In this document: in pieces, positions 1 through 12,184 of the stretch
How positions within the stretch are numbered: the first letter of the stretch is position 1
Layout: each line of letters begins with the position of its first letter
Assembly: GCA_030390025.1 (NCBI GenBank)
Contig: CM059431.1
Coordinates: forward strand, 158,536,001 to 158,600,000
Direction of reading: 5' to 3'
Length of the DNA stretch: 64,000 nt
Source: Squalus acanthias
Lineage: Eukaryota
The notes under the pieces: generated by a model
What the model saw: only the letters and a program-made list of their open reading frames with translations
What the model was told of the DNA's origin: nothing
Database searches by the model: none
Translations under genes and position numbers: made by a program

Positions 1-629
1 GTCCCTGTTGTCGACAATCGCTTTGCCCGATTAAAGCGAGTCTGATTATCTCATTCGAGACTACAATATTTATACCCTTTTTCAGTTGTATTTCATAAGG
101 CTTCTGTTGATCCAAGTTAGTTATCACTAATCATCTTTATGCTAACCCCTGCACATCCTACTGCCACATCATCAATAGCAGTTGGGAGCTTACCATTTAT
201 TATCATCGGGCAGATGTCCTTTACCTCATTTGTCATCCATAAGAGGATTAATGAAGATCATTTATCCAGGGTTGACCATTGTCCTGTTTTAATAAGTTTT
301 CCCATTCGAGGCCAACAGTTCTGCTGTTTTAATAAGGTTACTTATTCAGGGTCAACAACTGTCCTGTTCCAATAGCCAGAATTCTTTCATAGCTAGGATT
401 TCCAAATTTCCAAATCCAGCGTTTTATGTTTTGAAGCATGTATAAGGTAGTATTCCTTATTAGGTATTATTCAGGGTCAACACCTGTCCTGTCTCAACAA
501 GGCCATAATTATTTCATAGTTACAATTTCCAAATCCAAATTGTCATGTTTTTAAAGAAGCTATAAGGTAAAAATTCTTATAAGGTATTGTATTCGTCCAA
601 AGAAATTATAAGTTAGAATTTCTTCATTT
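1..629 (-). mobile_element. Solo-LTR-like element, copy A (window starts inside it; last piece 5146-5184 lies beyond the Gypsy insertion)
   Basis: Homologous to 15993-16037 + 18381-18962; internal ~120-bp tandem repeats at ~330-560; ends ...TTCA at 5184. Confidence 0.6.
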
Positions 630-634
630 GGTTG

Positions 635-849
635 TGACGTAATAAAGACTCACTACGCACTTGAACATAAAGCAAGGCTTCAATCAACTTGTAACAAAAC
701 ATGGAGGTCTAGTTAGCAGTCACCAGCTTCCTGTTTCCAGATTGTCTCGGCCCAAAGTGGGCCCATGCCTGAGTATTTATACTCCCTGGACGACGCCCCA
801 GCTGACCGCCCAGTAGTACTTCCTGAGTTGTTACTTGTGATTTATGACA
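635..849 (-). repeat. 3' LTR of the Gypsy element
   Basis: Copy of 4926-5140, preceded on the minus strand by the PPT AGGGAGGAAGAA. Confidence 0.96.
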
Positions 850-887
850 TTCTTCCTCCCTAAAAGGTTTGGAAGTCCAGTCTTCCT

Positions 888-3296
888 TTAATGGACTAGG
901 CGGACCAGAAATAACCGTAGACGTTTAGCTCTCTGCTTGTGACCGGAAGGCACGTCTCCCCGGTCCGTGTCCTGGTCCCTGGGTCGCTTGGCCCGTACCG
1001 GTAAGTCAGTAGAGTCCGCGTCATCTTGATCATCCTGTGGAGGACTGGGAATATCATGACTCCGGGTGCGGGTCCCCACAGGTGCTGAGCTGGCCTCATC
1101 CCGGGTCGTGGCTGGAGATTGTCCGGTGTCCTGGTTTCGGGTGGCCATCCTACGGGGAGCGTCCAGCTCCCTGAGTTGATCCGGTAGCGTTGCCGGCAGA
1201 TCCCCCGATGTCCCAGGCGGGGCGTCATTTTCATAGGGGTGCGGAGTGTTGATATCATTGTCGGGGGATCCTTCATCATTCGGGCCCGTGTGACCGGTTG
1301 GGCAGTGAGCCAGATCTCGGAGCGAGACGGTGGTCTCCCGGCCATCAGGGTACCGTACGTGCGCATACGTGGGGTTTACCTCCGTTAACTCCACCTCGTC
1401 AACGAGAGGTTCGTTTTTGGCATACCGGACGAACCTCCGGAGTAGTACTGGGCCTGGAGCCACCAACCATGACGGTAGAGACGTCCCATGTGTAGAGCGA
1501 CGCCGGAATTTGAAGAATCGCTCATGAGGCGTGACATTAGTAGATGTGGAGAGAAGAGACCTGATAGAGTGTAACGCGTCGGGGAGCACCGTTTCCCACT
1601 GCTGGTCCGGCAGGTTGCGTGACCTTAGTGCCAGACGGACAGCGTTCCAGATGATGGCATTGTATCGTTCAACCTGTCCGATATCGATTGGGTGATATGG
1701 TGTCGTCCTACTTGAGGCGATTCCCCGTTGCGAGAGATAACTTTTAAGTTCACTCGACATAAAGGAGGGACCCCGATCAGTGTGGATAAAATTGGCCGTC
1801 CCGCAAAGGGAAAAGACCTGATCGAGGCATTTAATTACCGTAGAGGTAAGCATATTAGGGCAGGGGAAGGCGAAGGGAAAGCGTGAATACTCGTCCACCA
1901 TCGTAAGTAGGTAGGTGTTCCTTGTCGACGAAGGCAATGGCCCTTTAAATCTATGCTGAGCCTCTGCATAGGCTGCATTGCATGTATGAGTAAGCCATCT
2001 TATGGGCGAAAGAATTGTGGTTTCAATTCTGCACAAATCCTACAGGAGGAGCATGTTTTCTTTATGTCCTCGGTTGAAATGGCAGATTTTTGGAGCGCAC
2101 AAAGTGCAACATGCGGGTCACACCAGGATGGCATAAGTCCATATGCAAATCCGCCAGAGTCGACGTTGACATTGAGGAGCAAAATGCCCGTGTGAAGGTA
2201 TCTGGGGCCACGTTCTGTTTGCCGGGTCGGTAACAGATAGATCATCCAAAGGCAGCCAGCTCCGTCCTCCAGTGTTGAATTTTATTATTTTTGATTTTCG
2301 TGCGCCTCCGGTTATCCAACATGAAGGCCACAGAGCGCTGGTCAGTTATAAGCGTAAAATGACGGCGAGCAAGAAAATGACCCCACTGGCGTACAGCCTC
2401 GATGATGGCCGTAGCCTCCTTCTCGACGGGGGGGTAATGGAGCTCGCTACCCTGCAAGGTTCTGGATAGGAATGCCACGGGTCGGCAACCTTGATTCAAG
2501 GTAGCGGAGATGGCCACCTCCGATGCATCGCATTCGACCACAAAAGGAAGATTTTCTTCAATGGAGCGAAGCGTGGCTTTCTCCAGCTGTCGTTTGAGGA
2601 GGTTGAAGGCAGAAATAGCCGTAGCTTCCAATGGAAAAGACTTCCATGGAGCAGTGGCTGTATTTTATCGGAGAAGTGTGGTATCCATTTTGCGTAATAA
2701 GCAAACATGCCAAGTGCCCGACGAAGAGAGCCGAGGTTCGTCGGGGGAGGGAGCTCCTGAATTGGACGAAGTCGCTCTGGGTCCGGTTTAATAACACCGT
2801 TGCCCACCCAGTAGCCCAGAATGTTCACCGATCGCACCGACTTCACCAATTTGGATTCGTTTAACGTTAAGTGGCGACGGCGGAGTACGTCAAAAAATCT
2901 CTGAAGATTGGCGTCATGCTCCTTTTGATCATGGCCGGCAATAGTGATATTGTCTAAATACGGAAAGGTATCCGTCAAGTTCTCTTGCTGGACTAGGCCA
3001 TCCATGGCCCGTTGGAAGACGGCCACCCCATTGGTGACCCCGAATGGAAGGCGGCGAAACTGGAATAGCCGACCAGTGGCCTCAAATGCAGTATACTACT
3101 TGTCGGAGTCTTGCAGTGGCAGCTGATGGTACGCGCTTTTTAAATCGAAGGTCCAGAATACCTTGTATTTGGCAAGGTTGTTGTCCATGTCATCTATGCG
3201 TGGCAGCGGGTAGGCATCCAGATCGGTATATATATTAATAGTCTGCGAATAATCGATACACAGACGTTTTTTATGTTGTTTTAAGGGATTCCTCAC
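888..3296 (-). pseudogene. pol: Fragmented pol: RT, RNase H, integrase
   Basis: RT: LCIDYSQTIN..YPLPRIDD, FDLKSAYHQ, YLDNI. RNase H: CDASEVAI, EKEATAI, TDQRS. Integrase: CSSCRIC, VDEYSRF, IHTDRG, QVERYN. Split across frames and stops. Confidence 0.93.
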
Positions 3297-4825
3297 GATG
3301 ACGACCTGAGCCCGCCAGGGAGATGAACATGGCTCGTAATACCGTCGACTAAAAGGCGAGAGATTTCCGCCTCAATAAACGCTCGATCATCTTGGCTAAA
3401 GCGCCGCGATTTGGTCGCTATGGGTTTACAGCGGGGGGGAAGATTGGCAAACAGGGAGGGTTCACCGAGTATGGCAGCCGAGAGTGCACAAAACGGCACC
3501 TTAGAAATGGTAAGAACCGGCCTTGACCCTCCAAACTCAAAAGTGATCTTCTTGTGCTGCTTCTGGAAGTCCTGTCCCAGAAGCACATCGCTGCATAAGT
3601 TTGCGAGTACTCCGAGCCGGGTTGAGAGATAAGTGCGGCCGTTGAGGATGAGGTTGACCAGACAGAAGCCAGAAGAATTGGTGGTCAGAGTCGTGAGAGC
3701 CATTGCAATCTCCCTGTCCGAGGGATAAATGTGCAGTTTTAACCTGTTGACAGCCCGCTTACTAATGAAACTGTCAGAGCTGCAGGAGTCGATTAGCGCG
3801 CTTAGAGTGTGCCCATTTACTGAAACCTTTGTGGCTGCATGGGACAAACTTTGGGGAAAAACAGCCGTGATGGGAGGAGGGGCAATTTTCCCTTCGGCAA
3901 CTGTAGCCTTAACAGTAGTTATTGGGGGAGGAGCAGCTCCATAGATAGCAGCTGTGAAGCTAACAGGAGCTCTCGACCGGTATACTTTAGAGGAGCGGCC
4001 TTTCTTGTTAGCAAAGGCCCGTGACTGGCATACCTTGGAAAAGTGTCCTTTCTTGCTGCAATGATTGCAGGTCACATTACGAGCCGGGCAAAATTTTCTG
4101 TGATGGCACGCCCCTCCACAAAAGAAACACTTTCTTCCTGATTGCCAGGATGCTGCTAGGGCGGGGTCGTCATCAGCGAAGGCCTCTAGGGTAGGGTCGT
4201 CGTCTGTTAGAGTAGAGTCAACATCAGTGGGGGTATCCGCCCGAGAACTAACGAAAGACTCATTAAAGGAGATAGCCGCCGACCGTGCACGTGGTGGGAG
4301 ATAAGTGTCTGCATTTATCTTGGCCAAGTCCAAGGAACACGCCTGGTCATAAGCAGCCCTTAAATTGAGGGTTTTATTTTCCAGCAGGCGCTGACATATA
4401 AAAGGGGACGCGATTACATTGATAAAGGATTCGCGGATTAGTTCCTCTTGATACTGTTCAGCTGAAACTGCTTTAAGGTTACAATCCTTGCTGAGCCTGC
4501 GAAGTTTCTGGAGAAATTCATCGAGTGATTCCCCAGGCTGCTGCCGAGTTGTGGCCAGTAGGTGTCGAGCAAAGATTTCATTTGGGGACTTGACATATAG
4601 CTGCTGTAAGATTTCGATAGCAGTGTCATAGTCTATACAGTCCTCAATACAATCATACACATGAGGAGACACGTAGTTGATAAGCATTCGTAACTTATTA
4701 GGGACATCCGCCCCACATTCTTCAAGAAAGTTGCTAAAGGTACGAAACCAATGCTTCCATTCCTTTGCTGCCGCAGGTGCATTCGGGTCCAGGTCGAAAC
4801 GAGCGGGTCTAAGGAGTTTTTCCAT
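3293..4825 (-). CDS. gag: Gag plus aspartic protease of the Gypsy element (open 510 aa, then frameshift into RT)
   Basis: Zinc knuckles CFFCGGACHHRKFC and CNHCSKKGHFSKVC; protease motif ALIDSCSSDSF and LLGQDF. Confidence 0.93.
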   Translation of the reverse strand: MEKLLRPARFDLDPNAPAAAKEWKHWFRTFSNFLEECGADVPNKLRMLINYVSPHVYDCIEDCIDYDTAIEILQQLYVKSPNEIFARHLLATTRQQPGESLDEFLQKLRRLSKDCNLKAVSAEQYQEELIRESFINVIASPFICQRLLENKTLNLRAAYDQACSLDLAKINADTYLPPRARSAAISFNESFVSSRADTPTDVDSTLTDDDPTLEAFADDDPALAASWQSGRKCFFCGGACHHRKFCPARNVTCNHCSKKGHFSKVCQSRAFANKKGRSSKVYRSRAPVSFTAAIYGAAPPPITTVKATVAEGKIAPPPITAVFPQSLSHAATKVSVNGHTLSALIDSCSSDSFISKRAVNRLKLHIYPSDREIAMALTTLTTNSSGFCLVNLILNGRTYLSTRLGVLANLCSDVLLGQDFQKQHKKITFEFGGSRPVLTISKVPFCALSAAILGEPSLFANLPPRCKPIATKSRRFSQDDRAFIEAEISRLLVDGITSHVHLPGGLRSSS

Positions 4826-4925
4826 GATGGATCAGTTTCTTGCCCAAGTTCTCTTCTGTGGTTCGAGTTGCAGCTGGTTGTTCCGAATCACCCAAAGCGT
4901 GGAGACGATATCAAGTTGATTAAAT

Positions 4926-5140
4926 TGACGTAATAAAGACTCACTACGCACTTGAACATAAAGCAAGGCTTTAATCAACTTGTAACAAAACATGGAGGTC
5001 TAGTTAGCAGTCACGAGCTTCCTGTTTCCAGATTGTCTCTGCCCAAGGTGGGCCCATGCCTGAGTATTTATACTCCCTGGACGGCGCCCCAGCTGGCCGC
5101 CCAGTAGAACTTCCTGAGTTGTTACTTGCGATTTATGACA
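4926..5140 (-). repeat. 5' LTR of the Gypsy element
   Basis: Minus strand reads TGTCATAAAT...TTACGTCA; TATAAATA near 5065-5072; 8 substitutions versus the 3' LTR by manual comparison. Confidence 0.96.
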
Positions 5141-5184
5141 GGTTGTGTATTTTTCTGCAAATGTTATAAGGTAGAATTCCTTCA

Positions 5185-6998
5185 CAAGAGTAGCAAAAGT
5201 AAACGTTGTTCCATTAGAGGCTGAGACAGGAGAAATTATTATTGCGAATATGGAACTGACAGAAAAGTTAAACAAATATTTTGTATCTGTCGTCACAGTA
5301 GAAGACACAAAAAAAATACCGAAAATGGCATGGAACCAAGGGTCTAATGAGGGTGAGGATCTTAACGTAATTAATAGAAGTAGAGATAATTTACGAGAGA
5401 AACTAATGGGACTAAAAGCCGCGAATTCACCTGGAACTGAAGGCCTACCACCTAGGGTTCTAAAAGAGGTAGCTGGAGAGATAGTGGATGCATTGGTTTT
5501 GATCTGGCCAAATTCCCTCGATTCTAGAATGGTCCCATTGGATAGGAAGATCGGAAATGTAACACCGCTATTCAAGAAAGGAGGCAGAGAAAGAAAACAG
5601 TGAACTACTTGGCACTCAGCCTAATATCAGACGTCGGGAAAATGCTGGGATCCATTGTTAAGTAAGTTTTATCAAGTCACTTTGAAAATCATAACATGAT
5701 TAGGCAGAGTCAACATGGTTTTATCAAAGAGAAATCGAGCTTGACAAATGTATGAGTTTTTTGAAGATATAAGTAGCAGGGTAGATAATGGGGAACGCGT
5801 AGATGTAGTATATTTGGATTTCCAAAATATATTCGATAAGTTGCAACATAAAAAGATGATTACACAAGATTAGGCCTCATGGGGTTGGGGCCAATAAAGT
5901 AGTATGGATAGAGGATTCGTTAACGGACATAAAATTGAGAGTAGGGAAAAATTGATGCTTTTCAGGTTGGCCGAGTGTAACTAGAGGGTACAGGAAGGAT
6001 CAATGTTGGAGCCTCAGATATTTACAATCTATATTAATGACCTAGATGTAGGAACCGAGTGTAATGATTCAAAGTTTGCTGATAATACAAAGCTAGGTGG
6101 GAAAGTAAGCTGTGAGGAGAACAAAAAGAGTTTGGAACGGGATATAGATAGACTGAGTGAGTGGGCAGTAAGGTGGGAAATGGAGTAAAATGTAGGGGAA
6201 TGTGAGGTTATTCACTTTGTTATGAAGAATAGAGGAACAGATTTTTTAAATGGTGAGAATCTTTGAAATGTTGCTGTTCACAAGATTTGGGGTTCCTCGT
6301 GCAAGAACCACAAAAAAATAGTATCCAGGTACAACAAGCAATAAGGAAGTTAATTGGTAAGTTGGCCTTTATTGCAATGGGGGATGGAGTATAAGTGTAA
6401 GGAGGTATTGCTATAATTGTACAGGACCTTGATGAGACCACACCTGGAGTGCTGTGCACATGTTTGGTCTCCTTATGTAAGAAAGGATATACTTGCCTTG
6501 GAGGCTGTGCAACAAATGTTCACTTGATTGATTGCTGGGATGAGAGGGCTGTAATATGTTGACAGATTGTGTAGAATGGGCCTATACTCTCTGGAGTGCA
6601 GTAGAATAATAGGTGATCTCATTGAAACATACACGATTCTGAAGGGCTTGGACAGGGTAGATGCTGAGAGGTTGTTTCCCCCGGCTGGAGTGTCTATAAC
6701 TAGGGGGTACAGTTTCAGGATAAGTGGTAGACAATTTAAGACTGAGATGAGGAGGAATTTCTTCACTCAGACGGTTGTGAATCTTTGGAATTCTCAGCCC
6801 CAGAGGGCTCTGAATGCTGAGTCTTTGAGTTTATTCAAGGCTAAGATAGATAGATTTTTGGACGCTTGGGGAATCAAGGGTTTAGCAGATGGGCTGTGAA
6901 AGTGGAATTGCAGTCGATGATCAGGCATAACTTAATTGAATGTCGGAGCATGCCAAAGGTGCCGTATGGCCTAATCCTGCTCTTGTTTCGTATGTACT
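5185..6998 (+). mobile_element. CR1 LINE, degraded ORF2 and 3' UTR (copy A of the duplicated host LINE)
   Basis: Peptides NKYFVSV, SPG..PRVLKE, SKFADNTKLGG, RRNFFTQ; CR1 3' hairpin and tail. Confidence 0.92.
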
Positions 6999-7001
6999 TT
7001 T

Positions 7002-8190
7002 TAGACAGGGGTAATGTACTAGATGTAATATATCTATATTTATAAAATGCCTTTGATATGGTATCACATAATAATCTAATGAATATGGTGAGAGCATGAG
7101 GATTCGGGGGACAAGTAGCAGAATGGATAACGAGGTGGCTGCAAGACAGAAATCAGAGAGTTAGGGGTAAACGATAGCTATTCAGAGTGGCAGAAGGTGG
7201 ATAGTGGGGTTCCACAAGGATCACTGCTTGGACCACTGTTGTTCATAATTTACTTTAACGATTTAGACTTTGGAATCAGAATCACATTTTCTAAATTTGT
7301 GGACAACATTAAATTTAGAGGGAAAGTCAGTACTGAGGAGGACTTCATGAATTTAGAAGAAGACATTAATAAACTTGCGGAATGGGCATATATTTGGCAA
7401 ATTAATTTCAACATAGATAAGTGTGATACATTACATTTTGGTCAGAAAAGTAAGAATGTCAAATATGACTTAGAAAATAAGAATCTATATTTGGTAGATG
7501 AGCAATGGGGTATTGCAGTACAAATACGCAAATCATTAAAAGTTACGATGTAGATCAATAAGGCCATAACAGAAGCAAACCAAGCAAAATGGTTTATTTG
7601 TAGAGGGATATCATTGAAAAGTGGAGAAGTTATGCTAAACTTGTATCGAACGTTGGTTAGATCACACTTGGAGTACTGTTCATAGTTATGGCCATGTTGT
7701 GGAAAAAGCACATAGAGGCACTGAAGTCGGCGCAAAATTTTTTTACATGGAAAATACCAAAACTGCGAGGTTATACATATCTGGAAAGGTTGATCAGCCT
7801 GGGTCTCATTTCTCCTGAAAAGAGAGGGCTAAGGGCTGACCTAATAGAAGTCTTTTAAATTATGATAGGTTTTGATACAGTATAAAGAGTTTTCCCACTT
7901 GTTGGGGAGAGCAAAACTACAGGCCATCAATATAAGGTAGTCACCAAGAACTCAAATAGGGAATTCAGAAGAAACATTTTTAGCCAGAGAGTGGTGAGAA
8001 TGTGGAACTCGCTACAACAGGGAGAGGTTGAAGCGAATAGTACAGATGCATTTAAGGGTTGGCTTGTTATAGGCTTTGTTGGAGAAGGGAACTGAGGGTT
8101 ATGCTGATAGTTAGATCAGGGAGGTTGTGAGGAAGCTCGAGTGAGCCAAATGTCTTTTTCTGTGCTGTATATTTGTAATTAAAGGTAATC
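7002..8190 (+). mobile_element. CR1 LINE 3' fragment (second subfamily)
   Basis: SGVPQGSLLGPLLF, SKFVDN; copy at 23389-24190. Confidence 0.85.
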
Positions 8191-8914
8191 CATATGTTCA
8201 CAATTTAACAATAAGAGGGGAGATAGCAATATTCGCTCTAATTATTTTTTGGATGCGGCTCCCTTTAACGGGCTGCGGGGCTCATTCAAAATTTCGCGCA
8301 TGTGCGAAAACTAGCATAGAAAAGCCGGTAATCGGCCTGCGCGGTATCTCTAGATAGCAGCGCAGACTTGAAGCTTAGCGGGAACGTTCCAGTGGAGGTT
8401 AGATAGAGGGGGAACTGGGGGAAACTCGTGTAGAGTGAAGGTTTGGGGAGGTACAAAATAATTACTTTGTAGGTGTAAGTGAACATGTTGATGCACTAAA
8501 GGAGGATGTGGGTCCATAGTTAGAGTTCACTTTAGAGAAGGTTTGGATCTGACTAATATAGCCGCGCTGGGTAAGTCACTGGGCCCAGAGATAATGCACC
8601 CCAGGCTGTTACAGGCAATCAGAGAGGAGATAAAAGTGACTCTGACCACAATTTTTCAATCCTCATATAATATCAGAAATGCGCAGGTGGACTGAAAGAG
8701 CACAAACAATGCCTCTGTTAAAATGGGGAGAGAGGGTCAGCCTGGTAACTGGAGACCAATTAGCTTGTTATTTGGGAGCAAGCTGTTCGAATCTGTAATT
8801 CCAGGTTGAATTAGTGAACATTTACAGATAAAGGGGAGGCTGCACCAGATTAGATGTAGACAAGTTCTATTTGACGAATTTGATGCAGCTTTTCTCAGAC
8901 GTGCCTGCATAGAT

Positions 8915-9340
8915 CTGATGCAGAAAGCACCCATCACCCCTCTGCATTCTGACCCACATTGGCTCCCGATCCGGCAACACCTCAATTTAAAAAATCTCAT
9001 CATTGTTTTCAAATCCCTCCATGGCCGCGCCCCTGCCTATCTCTGTCACCTCCGCCAACACTAAACCCTCGAGATCTCTGTGATCCTCTAATTCTGGCCT
9101 ATTGCGCAGCACGATTTTAATTACTCCGCCATTGGCGGCCATGCCTTCTACTGCACCAAAGTCTGAATATCACTCTCTCTTCTTTAAGATGCTTCTCATA
9201 ACCTACCTCTTTGAACAAGCATTTCGTCACCTGTCCTAATATCTGGCTTGGAGTCAAATTGTGTTTGATAACGCTCCTGCGAAGTGCCTTGGAACATCAT
9301 ATTACGTTAAAAAAGCTATATAAATGAAAGTTGATTTTGT
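8915..9340 (+). mobile_element. L2-type LINE 3' end fragment
   Basis: cccatcacccc...cattggctccc (PITP..LHWLP region) through the tail aagctatataaatgaaagttg. Confidence 0.7.
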
Positions 9341-9621
9341 AGAGACTGTAATCTTGCTCATCCACCCGGTAAGTCGGCTATTTGGCGATTCTAGACAGCC
9401 AGGATCTTTGCTGTACGCCATGTCATTCGGAGTCAGTTCCTGCATCCTGCAGAAACTTAGCAGGACATTCAGCTTGTCCACAATATTCTGCCAGGCTAGT
9501 TACAGTGACATCCTGTTAGACCCCGGCCCTCGGGTACGGTGCTCACCCTCTTGTGCCAGACACGTGGCACTGCAATCCTTTGGGAATGGCTGGGTTCGAG
9601 GATTGTCAGTTCCCAGCTGGA

Positions 9622-10680
9622 TAAGTGGGGCTGTGTCAGTGAGGTTTCGATGTGGGGCTGGATCAGTGGGGTGTCGAGGTGGGGCTGGATCATTGAGGTG
9701 TCTGTGTGGGGCTGTGTCAGTGGGGTGTCGATGTGGGGCTGGGTCAGCGGGGTGTCGGTATTGGGCTTTGTCAGTGGGGTGTCGGTGTGGGGCTGGGTCA
9801 GTGAGGTGTCGGTGTTAGGCTTGGTCAGCGGGGTGTCGATATTGGGCTAGGTAAGTGTAGTGTCGGTGTGGGGCTGTGTCAGTGAGCTGTCGGTGTGGGG
9901 CTGTGTCAGTGGGGTGTCGGTGTGGGGCTGTGTCAGTGGGGTGTCAGTGTGCAGCTTTGTCAGTGGGGTGTCGATGTGGGGATGGGTCAGTGGTGTGTCG
10001 GTCCTGGGCTGTGTCAGTGAGGTGTCGGTGTGGGGCTGGGTCAGTGGGGTGTCGATGTGGGGCTTGGTCAGTGAGGTGTCGGTGTGGGGCTGGGACAGTG
10101 GGGTGTCGTTTTGGGGCTGCGTCAGTGAGGTTTCGGTGTGGGGCTGTGTCAGTGGTCTGTCGGTTTTGGATTTGGGTCAGTGGGGTTTCGGTATGGGGCT
10201 GTGTCATTGTGGTGTCGGTGTGGGGCTGGGAAAGTGAGGTGTCGGTGTGGGGCTGGGTCAGTGAGGTGTCGGCTTGGGGTTGTGTAAGTGGGGACTCTGT
10301 GTAGGGCTGGGTCAGTGGGGTGTCGGTGTAGGGGGGGGGCAGTGGGGGTGTCGATGTGGGAACTGATCAGTGGAATGTCGGTGTGGGGCTTTGTCAGTGG
10401 CGTGTCGGTGTGGTGCTTGGTCAGTAGGGTGTGTTTCTGGGTCAGTGGGGTGTGGGTGTGGGGCTGGGTCAGTGGGTAGTCGGTGTGGGGCTGGGTCAGT
10501 GGGGTTTCGGTGTGGGGCTGGTCAGTGGGGTGTGGGTGTGGGGCTGTGTCAGTGGGGTGTCTGGGTGGGGATGGCTTTGTGGGGTGTCGATGTGGGGCTG
10601 GGACAGTCGAGTTTCGGTATGAGGCTTGGTCAGTGGGGTGACGGTGTATGGCAGGGTCAGTGGCATGTCGGTTTGAGGTT
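9622..10680 (+). repeat. G-rich minisatellite, ~27-bp unit GTGGGGCTGGGTCAGTGGGGTGTCGGT
   Basis: Direct tandem repetition; 9-codon periodicity (VSVWGWVSG) in spurious ORFs. Confidence 0.93.
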
Positions 10681-10749
10681 ATCTGTGGGTTGTGGGGGCG
10701 TATTCAGGGGGTGTGGGTCCTTTCTTTAGTAGTGTGAGAGTCTGGTACA

Positions 10750-12180
10750 AGGGGAGCGGAGCTGGGTAAGTGGGGGGCGGTGCTAGTCTGTGGGGTTTGG
10801 ATAAGTGGACTGGGGAGCGGGGCTGGGTCTGTGGGTGGTGTTTCTGTGGAGTGGGGGTGGGGCTGGGTCGGTGGGGTCTGTGCTGTGTCGCTGAGGGTGC
10901 GGGGCTGGTTTGGTTGGGTTTGGGGTTGGATTTCTGAGGGGGCGCGGATGGGTCGGTGGGTAGACGGGGCTTGGTCGGTCGGGGGTGTTGATGCATTGCT
11001 GAGTGCTCATTGGGGTTCGGTGAAGGTGTGGGGCTGGGTCGGTGGTGTTTGGTTATCGATTGCCGAGAGGGCGGGGCTGGGTCGTTGGGTAGACGGGGCT
11101 GGGAAGGTGAAGTGTGGGGATGCATTGCTGTGGGGGCGAGGCTGCTTCGTTGGGGGGGCGGGGCTGTGTCGGTGGGGATGGATTGCTGAGGTGCGAGGCA
11201 TCTCGTTGGGGGGGCGGGGCTGGGTTGGTGGGGGTGGGAATGGATTGCTGAGGGGGCGGGGCTGTTTCACTGGGGGGCGGGGCTGGTTCGGTGGGGTGTG
11301 GGGATGATTTGCTGAGGGGGCGCGTCTGGATCGGTGTTGGGGAGGGGCAGGGTCGCTGGTGGGTGGGGATGGATTGGTGAGGGGGCAAGGCTTGGTCTGT
11401 AGAGTGGTGGGATCGATTGCTGAGGGGTGGGGCTGGGTCGCTGTGGGGGTGGGGATGGTTCGTTGGGGGTTGGGGATTAATTGCTGAGGGGCCGGAGCTT
11501 GGTCCGTGGGGAAACGGGGCTGGGTTGGTGCGTGTGGTAATGGATCAATGGGGGGTGGGGATGGATTGCTGAGTGGGCAGTGCTGGATCGGTGTTTAGAC
11601 GGGGCTGGGTTGCTGGGGTGTGGGGATGGATTGCTGAGGGGGCGTGGCTGGTTCGGTGAGTGGTGTAGATGGATTGCTGATGGAGCGGGTTTGGGTCAGT
11701 GGGTAGACGGGGCTGTGACCTTGGGGACCTGGGATGATTTGCTCTGTGGGCGGGCCTGGGGCGGTGGGGGTGAGGATGGATTGCTGAGGAGGCGAGGCTG
11801 GGTCGGTCGGTAGATGGGCTGGGTCGCTGGGGTATGGGGCTTGATTGCTGAGGGTGCGGGGCTGCGTCGCTGAGTAGACGGTGATTGGATGGTTTGGGGT
11901 GGTGATGATTTGTCGAGGGGGTGAGGCTGGGTCAGTGGGTAGACGGTGCTGGGTCGGTGGGGGGTGAGGATGATTTGTCGAGGGGGTGGAGCTGGGTCGA
12001 TGTGGGGTGGGGATGGGGCGGTGGTGGGTGGGGATGGATTGCTGAGGGAGCGTGGCAGTTTCGGTCGGGGGTCGGTGATGGGTCGTTGGGCGGTGGGGAT
12101 GGATTGCTGACGGGACGGGGCAGGACTGGTTTTGTGGGTAGCAGCGGCTGTGTCGGTGGGGGGTGGGACAGTGGGGTGCT
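10750..12180 (+). repeat. Degenerate G-rich satellite built from GGATGGATTGCTGAGGGGGCGGGGCTGGGTCGGTGGG(TAGAC)
   Basis: Recurrent motif visible throughout the block. Confidence 0.9.
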
Positions 12181-12184
12181 TTTA

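Larger units (their letters stand above)
635..5140 (-). mobile_element. Full-length Ty3/Gypsy LTR retrotransposon (Mag/SURL-like Gag), pol frameshifted
   Basis: Two 215-bp direct repeats (635-849, 4926-5140) with TG...CA ends; 5-bp TSD GGTTG at 630-634 and 5141-5145; polypurine tract at 850-861 on the minus strand; domain order gag-PR-RT-RH-IN. Confidence 0.97.

Noticed and set aside
139..375. ORF shared with 18475-18855
   Set aside because: Within the duplicated LTR-like element; stop position differs and there is no recognisable domain
5000..5575. 191-aa minus-strand ORF and similar short ORFs opposite CR1 copies
   Set aside because: Antisense frames of CR1 ORF2 running into the LTR
9622..10680. 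CRISPR-like array or immunoglobulin switch region
   Set aside because: No unique spacers or cas genes; GGGCT/GGGGT pentamers are present but AGCT is rare and no Ig exons were seen
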